Positions 16,697-25,164 of a stretch of DNA of 34,881 nt are shown here, in pieces. The stretch's first letter is position 1. Every line of letters begins with the position of its first letter. Source of the DNA: Candidatus Zhuqueibacterota bacterium. GTDB lineage: Bacteria; BS750m-G25. The DNA is taken from NCBI GenBank assembly GCA_016783505.1, contig JADHWK010000021.1, positions 1 to 34,881 on the forward strand. The letters run 5' to 3'. The notes under the pieces are model-generated. The model was not told where the DNA came from. It saw only the letters and a program-made list of their open reading frames with translations, and made no database searches. Position numbers and translations under genes: made by a program.

Positions 16697-18325
16697 ATGG
16701 TCAAAAAAGACTCTCCAAAATCCTACAACCAATCTGCTAAGTCCGCCTCCCCTAACGAAGGCAACGGAAAACACCGACGCATCCTCTTCGGTATTATCAT
16801 TGCCATTATCGTCGGCACCCTTATGGGGGGTTGGCTTCCGGATCTCGCAGTGAAAACCTCAATTCTTGGCGAGATTTTCCTAAATTCACTCATGATGATC
16901 GTAGTCCCACTCGTTATGTTTTCAATGATCGTTGGGATTACGGGTCTGGGTGATATTCGCAATCTTGGCTCGATTGGGGGGCGTACTATCCTTTATTATA
17001 TGGTGACAACAGGAATTTCGGTTCTCATCGGCATTATCTTGGTCAATATCGTCCAGCCGGGTAAGGGGATTTCCCACGGTGAGGAACACGCAGAATTTAC
17101 TTATCTAATTGGTGGCGTGAACAATCGCACAGTCACGTTAACAAACGGAACCTGGGAAAAGACGCGTTATAACGAGAAGTATTTGTTGATTCTACAGGAT
17201 CAGCAGGTTCAGGGCACCATTGAATCTATTTCCGAGAATTCTGCGACGGTGAAGTTGTGGGAATCACGTCAAGCAGGCGATGTGTTCTATATCCCCGCAG
17301 AGGATGGCACACGCTTGCCGTTTCGTCGTGTTAGGGGACGGCTTGTGTCTGCCGAACCAGAGCTTGTCCCTTCTGGGAAGGGTGTTGAAATCGCCTTACC
17401 CGTTGTCCAGAAATTGCGTGGCAAGAAAGAGAGGGGTATCGGTAACACGCTGAAGGAGGTCTTGGTCGGAGACAAAGCAATCGGAAAAGAGGGAATGATT
17501 CCACGCAACATTTTCAACGCGATGGTGCGTATGGACATCCTCCCATTGATTGTTTTCTCACTTTTGTTGGGTGCGACGCTTTCCGTCCTTGGTGAACGAG
17601 GACGCTCTGCCATTGATGTGATCTCGATTCTAAATGATGCTGTAATGCGACTTGTCCACTGGATTATGGTCGTCGCGCCAATTGGCATTTTTGGATTAAT
17701 CGCAGCGCGTATTGGTCACGCCGGAGGATTTAGCGGTTTTCTGCCGGAACTGCTTGCACTGGGGAAATATTTTTTCACCGTTTTGCTGGGGCTCGCAATG
17801 CATGGTTTCATTGTACTGCCACTCATCCTCCTGCTCATCGGACGACGAAATCCTCGACTGTATGTAATAGGTGTGGGTTCAGCTCTGCTGAACGCTTTCT
17901 CCACAGCGTCGAGCTCTGCCACTCTGCCGTTGACCATGGAGGGCGTCGAGAAGGAAAATGGGATCTCAAATCGGACGGCAAGTTTTGTTCTGCCACTTGG
18001 CGCCACAATTAACATGGACGGTACTGCCCTCTACGAAGCCGTCGCCGCGATGTTCATCGCACAAGTTTATGGAATATCATTAGGGCCGCTGGAACAAATG
18101 GTCATTTTCCTGACGGCGACGTTGGCGGCTATCGGTGCAGCAGGGATTCCCGAAGCGGGACTCGTCACAATGGTAATTGTCCTTAGAGCCGTTGGGTTAC
18201 CGATCGAAGGTATTGGGCTCATCCTAACGATTGATTGGCTCCTGGACCGATTCCGCACGACCGTCAATGTCTGGGGTGATAGTGTCGGCGCAGGTGTTAT
18301 CGAGACACTTGAAATGAAACGATGA
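16697..18325 (+). CDS. Dicarboxylate/amino acid:cation symporter (DAACS, GltP/GltT family) with a large extracellular insertion
   Basis: FSTASSSATLP, LGATINMDGT, IGAAGIP and DWLLDRFRTTVNVWGD motifs; SD AAGGAGG. Confidence 0.93.
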   Translation: MVKKDSPKSYNQSAKSASPNEGNGKHRRILFGIIIAIIVGTLMGGWLPDLAVKTSILGEIFLNSLMMIVVPLVMFSMIVGITGLGDIRNLGSIGGRTILYYMVTTGISVLIGIILVNIVQPGKGISHGEEHAEFTYLIGGVNNRTVTLTNGTWEKTRYNEKYLLILQDQQVQGTIESISENSATVKLWESRQAGDVFYIPAEDGTRLPFRRVRGRLVSAEPELVPSGKGVEIALPVVQKLRGKKERGIGNTLKEVLVGDKAIGKEGMIPRNIFNAMVRMDILPLIVFSLLLGATLSVLGERGRSAIDVISILNDAVMRLVHWIMVVAPIGIFGLIAARIGHAGGFSGFLPELLALGKYFFTVLLGLAMHGFIVLPLILLLIGRRNPRLYVIGVGSALLNAFSTASSSATLPLTMEGVEKENGISNRTASFVLPLGATINMDGTALYEAVAAMFIAQVYGISLGPLEQMVIFLTATLAAIGAAGIPEAGLVTMVIVLRAVGLPIEGIGLILTIDWLLDRFRTTVNVWGDSVGAGVIETLEMKR

Positions 18326-18474
18326 TTTGTTTTAAAACAGGTGAACCTCACGCTTGAAGGAATCGGCATCATCACCGCTGTGGATAGAATCCTCGATAGG
18401 TGCCGAACCACTATGAATGTCTGGGGTGATCGGTGGGCACCCGGATTATTGCCCATCTGGAAGGAAAAAACTGA
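18326..18474 (+). pseudogene. C-terminal remnant (HP2b-TM8) of a second DAACS gene, with a frameshift
   Basis: Not in the ORF track. Hand translation gives [34 protein letters not shown], then after a 1-nt shift (S)[13 protein letters not shown]. Confidence 0.8.
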
Positions 18475-18591
18475 AATGGAATAATGGAAGGATAGGGGAA
18501 AGCCCATATTCTCCTACCCTCTCTTGTTAACTTACATATTCATTTTACGACAAATTTGTCGTATACATTTTTATCGTAATAAGGAGGAAAT

Positions 18592-19230
18592 ATGCTTAAT
18601 TACATCTGGCTTGCTCTCATGGTAATTGCAATAATCGTCGGAGCAATCAATGGACGTATTGAGGAAGTCACAAAAGCCGCTGTGGAAAATGCCAGTACTG
18701 CTGTGGATATTTCTCTGGGGCTCATCGGTATAATGGCTTTGTGGTTGGGAGTCATGAAAATCGCTGAGAAAGGGGGAATTATTCAAATTCTATCACGGGC
18801 AATTCGTCCTATTGCGCGTTTTCTATTTCCAAGGATACCCAAAGACCATCCAGCTATCGGAGCAATGCTAATGAATATCATAGCTAATTGGCTGGGACTT
18901 GGAAATGCGGCTACACCCCTTGGTTTGAAAGCGATGGAAGAGCTACAGACCCTCAACAAGTCCAAGGATACTGCTACCAACGCCATGGTTGTTTTTCTCG
19001 CTCTAAATACGGCAAGCATTACTATTATACCAATGACTGTCATCGCTGTTAGAGCAAAACTTGGTTCAGCCAACCCCTTTGAAATTATCAGCACTGCAGT
19101 ATTTGCGTCTACATGTGCTACAATTGCAGCAGTGACAGCTGCTAAGTTGATGCAAAAGCCACGTGTAATACGAAGATCCGATCCGGATCTCACAGACAGA
19201 GGCAGGAAGAAAGGAGAAGAAGATGCTTGA
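18592..19230 (+). CDS. spmA: SpmA-like membrane protein (nucleoside-recognition Gate domain)
   Basis: MLNYIW, LWLGVMKIAE, NWLGLGNAATPLGLKAMEELQ motifs; SD AAGGAGG. Confidence 0.9.
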   Translation: MLNYIWLALMVIAIIVGAINGRIEEVTKAAVENASTAVDISLGLIGIMALWLGVMKIAEKGGIIQILSRAIRPIARFLFPRIPKDHPAIGAMLMNIIANWLGLGNAATPLGLKAMEELQTLNKSKDTATNAMVVFLALNTASITIIPMTVIAVRAKLGSANPFEIISTAVFASTCATIAAVTAAKLMQKPRVIRRSDPDLTDRGRKKGEEDA

Positions 19231-19840
19231 TTCCCTCTCTACCGCAGCAGCTATAGATACAATAAATCAGGTAGTCCAAACAGCTACTGGTGGTTCAGAG
19301 TCCCTTTTTGTTATCATTATGAAGGGATTCTCAAACTATGCTATACCTTTTCTATTGCTTGTAATTCCGATTCTTGGATTCGCTAAAAAAGTAAAGGTAT
19401 ACGAGGCATTTGTTGATGGCGCCAAGGAGGGATTCCACGTGGCAGTGCGAATTATCCCCTACTTGGTAGCCATCTTAGTGGCCATTGGGATGTTCCGGGC
19501 TTCAGGGGCCATGGACTTCTTCGTCAAGCTCCTTTCGCCCCTCACCAACCTGGTCGGCATGCCCGCCGAAACCCTGCCGGTGGCCCTGATGAGACCGCTG
19601 TCGGGCTCGGGGACGTTGGGGCTGGTCACCGAATTGATGAATCAATTCGGCCCCGACTCCTTCATCGGACGGCTGGCCTCAACCATGTTTGGCAGCACCG
19701 AGACCACCTTTTACGTGCTGGCGGTTTACTTCGGTTCCGTGGGCATCCGTAGGACCCGCCACGCCGTGGCCGCTGGCCTGATCGGCGACATCACCGGACT
19801 TTTAGTAGCGGTGCTCATCTGCCGGGTGGTCTTTTTGTAA
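19223..19840 (+). CDS. spmB: SpmB-like membrane protein
   Basis: YEAFVDGAKEGF, MFRASGA, LMRPLSGSG and GSTETTFYVLAVYFGSVGI motifs; overlaps the spmA stop. Confidence 0.9.
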   Translation: MLDSLSTAAAIDTINQVVQTATGGSESLFVIIMKGFSNYAIPFLLLVIPILGFAKKVKVYEAFVDGAKEGFHVAVRIIPYLVAILVAIGMFRASGAMDFFVKLLSPLTNLVGMPAETLPVALMRPLSGSGTLGLVTELMNQFGPDSFIGRLASTMFGSTETTFYVLAVYFGSVGIRRTRHAVAAGLIGDITGLLVAVLICRVVFL

Positions 19841-19872
19841 TTTGGGGACATCAAAACAATTAAAAAAAATCC

Positions 19873-19919
19873 TTGACTTTTTTGTTTTTTTTTATTATAA
19901 TATGGTCGAATCGGTTCGA
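19873..19919 (+). promoter_or_regulatory. Consensus sigma70 promoter with an adjacent LacI-type operator
   Basis: TTGACT (19873)-N17-TATAAT (19896); near-palindrome TCGAATCGGTTCGA at 19906-19919; weaker copy TAAAACCGTTTCGA at 19983-19996. Confidence 0.75.
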
Positions 19920-19998
19920 TTTTATTCTTTTATACTTACCCATAGATCGTCCCTCCAGTTACCGCAATTTCCTTTTATTTTATAAAACCGTTTCGAAA

Positions 19999-21045
19999 AT
20001 GACGGTAACGATCAAGGATGTTGCCCGCCGAGCCGGGGTCGCTCAATCCACTGTCTCTTTGGTTTTAAACCAAAAAGAAAACATTCATGAGCAGACCCGT
20101 CTTAAGATCCTTAAAGCGATAAAAGAGCTCAACTACCATCCCCGCAGGTCCGCCCGCGGACTGGCTACCCGCAAGAGCAACAATATCGGTTTTATCCTTA
20201 ATACCCAATTCTTTACCCAGACCGAACCCTTCTACACCAAGGTTTTTTTGGGGGCCAGTTTTGAAGCAATCAAGCACGGTTATTATGTTCTGCTGGCCTC
20301 GGTGGACGATAATTTCGATCCCAAAAAGTCCCTTCCCAATTTTCTGTTAGAACGGCATGTGGATGGGGTTGTTCTGGCGGGGCGAGTACCCGATAGCATC
20401 ATAACCTACATTCGGCAACAGGATATTCCCATCGTACTGGTTGACTATCGAGTGGATCATTTTGCCACCCATGCCGTCCTGATTGACAACCTTAATGGGG
20501 CCTACGAAGCCGTCTCCCACCTCATCAATCAGGGACATCGAAGAATCGCCTTTGTGGGTGGATCTTGCCACCACCCCAGCATCCAGGAAAGATATGATGG
20601 ATATAAGAAGGCCATAGGGGTTTTGGGATCACATAATGAACTGAACGATAAGTTGGTAGACCTGCGAGAGGAGGAAAGTTCCCCCCAGATCGGCTTTGAT
20701 TCCACCAAAAAACTTTTGAGCCTGAAACCGAGACCAACGGCCTTCTTTACGGTGAACGATGCGGTCGCCATCGGGTGTATCAAGGCTTTAAGACAGTCCA
20801 GCCTTCGGGTCCCCGAGGATGTGGCCGTGATCGGATTTGACGACGTGGAATGGGGCTTGCACATGGACCCCCCCCTATCCACCGTGCGGGTGTTTAAAGA
20901 GGAACTGGGTGCAACGGCAGCCAGGAAGATCATCCACATCATCCAGAATAAGACTACCGTTATCGAAAAGACGATCATTGGGACCGAGTTGGTAATACGA
21001 GAATCCTGCGGTGGAATGAGAACCAAAGACAAATATGAATTTTAA
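19999..21045 (+). CDS. LacI-family transcriptional regulator
   Basis: MTVTIKDVARRAGVAQSTVSLVLN HTH, LNYHP, VPEDVAVIGFDD and LVIRES motifs. Start moved to ATG 19999 because the track start is the -35 box. Confidence 0.95.
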   Translation: MTVTIKDVARRAGVAQSTVSLVLNQKENIHEQTRLKILKAIKELNYHPRRSARGLATRKSNNIGFILNTQFFTQTEPFYTKVFLGASFEAIKHGYYVLLASVDDNFDPKKSLPNFLLERHVDGVVLAGRVPDSIITYIRQQDIPIVLVDYRVDHFATHAVLIDNLNGAYEAVSHLINQGHRRIAFVGGSCHHPSIQERYDGYKKAIGVLGSHNELNDKLVDLREEESSPQIGFDSTKKLLSLKPRPTAFFTVNDAVAIGCIKALRQSSLRVPEDVAVIGFDDVEWGLHMDPPLSTVRVFKEELGATAARKIIHIIQNKTTVIEKTIIGTELVIRESCGGMRTKDKYEF

Positions 21046-23005
21046 GAACACCTGTTTCCAGGATAAAGAAGGGAATCCCCTTTTCTTAATCGGCATCAAC
21101 TATTGGCCCAGGAAAACCGGCCCCCTCATGTGGTCCCGATGGAATCCGGGGGAAATTCGGGCTGAGCTAAAGCAGATGAAATCGCTGGGGATAAACGTCT
21201 GCCGCTTCTTCCTTTTCTTCCCTGAGTTTATGCCGTCACCGGACAAAATAAACCCTCAAATGGTAGCGAGGTTAAGACAATTCCTGTCAATCTGTGATGA
21301 TGAAGGGCTTTATACCCTCCCCACTTTTTTTGTGGGACACATGTCAGGTGAGGACTGGGACGTGCCCTGGCGGGATGGCCGAAATTTTTACAGTGATCCC
21401 TGGATGGTGGAGAGGGAAGTGGCTTTTGTCCAAGAAATAGCCGGGCAATGTAAAAACGAAAAAAGTGTAGTGGGCTGGATTTTATCCAATGAGATCCCCA
21501 ATTACGGGGGCTATGGTAATGACGGTGAGATTACCCCCTGGGCGAAAACACTGATTCAAGCCATTCGAGAGGTTGATCCCGGTCATCCCATTTCCATCGG
21601 GGACGGTTGCTGGAGCCCGGAGGTCTATGGGGAGGCTACCCGTTTCTATCTCAGGGAGCTAAAAGAGGTTGAGGACTTTTTCGGGCCTCATTTTTATCCG
21701 GAGGAGGAGGATGAACTACGGCATGCTTACTATCCCTCCTTTGTCATCAAGATGTGTCAAAGCTGGGGTCGGCCGGTGCTTCTGGAAGAATTTGGCACCT
21801 CCAATACCATGGCCTCGGAGGAAAATCAGGGGGGCTATTTCCGTTCCATTTTGAGTAGCGGTTTTTTAGCCGGAGCCGTGGGGGCCTTAGGATGGTGCTA
21901 TTCCGATTACAATTTAACCCGCCAGCGTCCCTACACCCACCATCCCCACGAGCTTCGATTCGGGGTAACCCGCAGTAACGGATCGGTGAAACCGGCAGGA
22001 CAAGAGTTGGTCCGGTTCCGTAGGATTATGGACGTTTTAAATGATGAAGACTGGACTCTCTGGGAAGACCCAGTGGGGTTGCTTATTCCCAGTTATTATT
22101 ATTATGAATATCCTTATTCCAATGACAACAAGCCGTTGATGTTTCGTATCTTTTTGCACACCTACACCCTGATGAAAAAAGCCCACCTGAACGGGTGTTG
22201 TTTCCCAGAACCGCCCCTTAACGACCAGGATATAGAAAGCCCTCCCCCGGCGGCCATTCCTGAAGATATTAGGCTGCTGGTTTCGCCTTATACCCAGAAA
22301 CTAACCGTTCCCTTCTGGGAAGAGATTTTGAGATATGTGGAAAGGGGAGGGGTGTTTTACTCCTCCCATGCCCCCGATGGATGGGTTCATGTGTTTGAAG
22401 AACTCTATGGGGCGAGGCACCATCTGCGTCCCGGTCTGGTGGATTTACCCGGGGAGAAGATAAGGCTGGTGTTTGTCAAAAACTTCGGTCAGCTAAAAAA
22501 GGGGGATGAGCTGGTATACCATTTTACCCCCGGTAAAAGGGAAGGGGCTTTCTGTCCCCTAGAGCCAACTACCGCGGAAGTTTTGGCCGTTGATTCCGAA
22601 GACCGGCCAGCAATCATATCAAACAAAATTGGAAAAGGCAAGGTCTTTTTTTCCGCCTTCCCCATAGAATACTATCTTTCCCAGATTCCGGACCAATCCC
22701 AAGATGATAACAGCCATCGCTTTTATGATTCATTGGCCTCATTAGCGGGCGTTAAGGCCCTTTTTTCTTTATCAAACCCCTTAATTGAACTGGGGACTTT
22801 ACATTCCTTTAGCAATGGAGATTATATTCTTTATCTGATCAACCAGGGATGGAGGGAAGAAAGGACGGAAATTCATTGCAGGCGTCAAATTTCTTTCGCC
22901 AAGGATATAGAAACCGATCAGGTAATTCCAGCTCAGAACTCTGAATTAGAACTTACCCTTCCCCCCAAGGGGGTAAAGGTTCTTCGGATAACTCCGACCC
23001 AATGA
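21035..23005 (+). CDS. Clan GH-A glycoside hydrolase (GH5-like, probable cytoplasmic beta-mannosidase) with a C-terminal GH42-like accessory region
   Basis: GINYWPR, VGHMSG, acid/base LSNE, HFYP, nucleophile LEEFG, WCYSD and HELRFG motifs; no signal peptide. Confidence 0.75.
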   Translation: MNFKNTCFQDKEGNPLFLIGINYWPRKTGPLMWSRWNPGEIRAELKQMKSLGINVCRFFLFFPEFMPSPDKINPQMVARLRQFLSICDDEGLYTLPTFFVGHMSGEDWDVPWRDGRNFYSDPWMVEREVAFVQEIAGQCKNEKSVVGWILSNEIPNYGGYGNDGEITPWAKTLIQAIREVDPGHPISIGDGCWSPEVYGEATRFYLRELKEVEDFFGPHFYPEEEDELRHAYYPSFVIKMCQSWGRPVLLEEFGTSNTMASEENQGGYFRSILSSGFLAGAVGALGWCYSDYNLTRQRPYTHHPHELRFGVTRSNGSVKPAGQELVRFRRIMDVLNDEDWTLWEDPVGLLIPSYYYYEYPYSNDNKPLMFRIFLHTYTLMKKAHLNGCCFPEPPLNDQDIESPPPAAIPEDIRLLVSPYTQKLTVPFWEEILRYVERGGVFYSSHAPDGWVHVFEELYGARHHLRPGLVDLPGEKIRLVFVKNFGQLKKGDELVYHFTPGKREGAFCPLEPTTAEVLAVDSEDRPAIISNKIGKGKVFFSAFPIEYYLSQIPDQSQDDNSHRFYDSLASLAGVKALFSLSNPLIELGTLHSFSNGDYILYLINQGWREERTEIHCRRQISFAKDIETDQVIPAQNSELELTLPPKGVKVLRITPTQ

Positions 23006-24012
23006 AATGCATTGTCCTTTATGCACCCCACCAATTAGGGGTCGAGGAAAGAAAAATAGCCCAAGCCGGTCCGGATGAGGTTTTAGTCAGGGTCAAAGCC
23101 TGCGGGGTGTGTGGAACCGACATCCATATTTTCGAAGGAACGGCACCAGCCAACCCGCCGGTGGTCTTGGGCCATGAATTTGTGGGCGTAATCGAGGATG
23201 TCGGTTCCGGCGTCCGTTCTTTGAAAAAAGGGGATCGGATAGCCGTTGATCCCAACCTTAGCTGCGGCGGTTGTTATTACTGCCGCCGGGGATTAGGACA
23301 TTTATGTCAAAACCTGAAGGCCCTGGGGGTGACCATGGATGGGGGGTTCTCCGAATATTGTCTCGTTCCCCAATCCCAGGCCTACCGGCTTCAACCTGAT
23401 CTTAATTTAGAATGGGGATGCTTTTTAGAACCCCTATCCTGCGCCGTCCACGGGATTGATCTGGTTAATCTGCAGGTCGGTGACAGCGTGGTCATCCTGG
23501 GGTTAGGCCCCATTGGACTAATGATGGTGCAATTGGCGAGACTTAAAGGAGCGACTAGAATCATTGTGGTGGAACCCGTTGGGGGACGGCGGAAACTGGC
23601 TGAAAGGTTAGGATGCGACAGGGTGATTGATCCCGGGGATGGGGACCCCGTATCGGTGGTGATGGAAAACACCGTTGAAGGGGCTGATGTCGTTCTGGAG
23701 TGCTCGGGAACCCCCCAGGCGGCCGGACTTTCCCTAAGGTTGGCACGGCGGGGGGGGACGGTGCTGTTCTTCGGGGTATGCGACATAGATGCCACCATAC
23801 CCTTAAAACCTCAACAGATTTATTTTAAAGAACTGACAGTGTTGGGTTCCTACATTAATCCCCATACCTTTTCCCGGGCGCTGGACCTGCTGGAGGCGGG
23901 AAAAGTCAGGGTTGATTCCTTTTCCATCGAGAAATTTCCCCTGGAAAGGGTACTGGATGCCTTTGAATTTCATCGGTCGGGAAAGGTACCGAAAACACTG
24001 GTCATACCTTAA
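23002..24012 (+). CDS. Zinc-dependent polyol dehydrogenase (mannitol/sorbitol dehydrogenase-like)
   Basis: CGVCGTD, GHE, CxxCxxCx7C, GLGPIG, ECSGT and GSYINP motifs; ATGA overlap with the GH gene. Confidence 0.85.
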   Translation: MKCIVLYAPHQLGVEERKIAQAGPDEVLVRVKACGVCGTDIHIFEGTAPANPPVVLGHEFVGVIEDVGSGVRSLKKGDRIAVDPNLSCGGCYYCRRGLGHLCQNLKALGVTMDGGFSEYCLVPQSQAYRLQPDLNLEWGCFLEPLSCAVHGIDLVNLQVGDSVVILGLGPIGLMMVQLARLKGATRIIVVEPVGGRRKLAERLGCDRVIDPGDGDPVSVVMENTVEGADVVLECSGTPQAAGLSLRLARRGGTVLFFGVCDIDATIPLKPQQIYFKELTVLGSYINPHTFSRALDLLEAGKVRVDSFSIEKFPLERVLDAFEFHRSGKVPKTLVIP

Positions 24013-24036
24013 TGGGGTAAAAAATCTAGGCCAAAA

Positions 24037-25014
24037 ATGGTGAACAGGCCCCGGGTCATCTGTCTGGGCGAAGCCCTGATTGACTTTGTCTCGGCAAAGA
24101 GTGGAGTCAGTTTAGGTGATGCCGATCAATTTATCAGAGCACCCGGGGGAGCACCGGCCAACGTTGCCGTGGGACTTTCCCGGCTGGGGGTACCCACCGC
24201 CTTTATAGGTAAAGTGGGGGACGACCCCTTCGGCAGGTTTTTGAAAAAGACCCTGAAAGAGAACGGGGTGGATGTTTCCAACCTTCTATTTGACAAAACC
24301 CACAAAACCCGCCTGGCGTTTGTCTCCCTGACACCAGATGCGGGAAGGGATTTTGAATTCTTTGGGGATCCCGCTGCCGATTCCCAATTGAGGGAAGAGG
24401 AAATAAATTCTGGTCTTTTCGAAAAACTCAAGCTCTTTCACTTTGGCTCCATCTCGCTAATCTCAGAACCCAGTCGTGGGGCCACCTTTTCTGCCGTATC
24501 AAAAACCCAACAGTCCGGGGGAATGGTTTCCTTTGACCCCAACCTGAGGCTAGCGTTATGGAATGATGGGACTCAGGCTCAAGCCTGGATTATTAAAGGG
24601 ATAAGGTGTGCGGATGTGGTTAAAGTTAGCGGGGATGAATTGGATTTTATCGCTGGCGGCGAAGACCTTAATGAAGGCTGTCAAGAAATCCTTGGGTATG
24701 GGGCCAAGTTAGTCATAGTCAGCCTGGGGGCGGAGGGGTGTTATTTTCAGACCCCAAAATGCCGAGGATCGGTGGAAGGATTCCCGGTAAATGCGGTGGA
24801 TACGACCGGGGCCGGGGATGGATTTGTGGCCGGGCTTTTAGCCATGATTGCCCATGCCGATCAGCCCATTGAGGAAATGTCTAAGAAATGCTTGTGGAAC
24901 ATCTGTCGGTTTGCCAATGCTGTCGGGGCTTTAACCACCACCAAACCGGGAGCCATTCCGGCGCTGCCCGCCAAAGACGAAGTGACGGAATTCCTGACCG
25001 GAAAAATAGAATGA
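24037..25014 (+). CDS. PfkB-family carbohydrate kinase (fructokinase-like)
   Basis: GEALIDF, PGGAPANVA, FDPNLR and DTTGAGDGF motifs. Confidence 0.9.
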   Translation: MVNRPRVICLGEALIDFVSAKSGVSLGDADQFIRAPGGAPANVAVGLSRLGVPTAFIGKVGDDPFGRFLKKTLKENGVDVSNLLFDKTHKTRLAFVSLTPDAGRDFEFFGDPAADSQLREEEINSGLFEKLKLFHFGSISLISEPSRGATFSAVSKTQQSGGMVSFDPNLRLALWNDGTQAQAWIIKGIRCADVVKVSGDELDFIAGGEDLNEGCQEILGYGAKLVIVSLGAEGCYFQTPKCRGSVEGFPVNAVDTTGAGDGFVAGLLAMIAHADQPIEEMSKKCLWNICRFANAVGALTTTKPGAIPALPAKDEVTEFLTGKIE

Positions 25015-25164
25015 AGACGGCTATGCAAACTATAACAAAAAGGAGGAATTTAAAGGGGCTATTTTCAAAAGATCATCAGGTTTTCAGCAACTGCGTTAGG
25101 AATGTTTCGGGCAATTTTTACGTTAATCCCACATACAATCCAAAAGTAAAGGGGGGGTAATATA

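Noticed and set aside
18323-18484. TGA readthrough or selenocysteine extension of the DAACS gene
   Set aside because: The in-frame downstream sequence duplicates HP2b-TM8 and carries a frameshift, which fits a pseudogene remnant. No SECIS-like hairpin was recognised.
18592-19840. Evidence of sporulation from spmA/spmB
   Set aside because: These families occur widely in non-sporulating bacteria, and no other sporulation genes are present.
19873-19998. N-terminal extension of LacI in the ORF track (likewise 27876-27965 and 29236-29307)
   Set aside because: The TTG is the -35 box; the other extensions overlap upstream genes, and one hides a signal peptide.
25011-25160. 49-codon ORF overlapping the kinase stop (ATGA) and ending just before the large secreted protein
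   Set aside because: No recognisable motif or hydrophobic segment, so it cannot be distinguished from chance.
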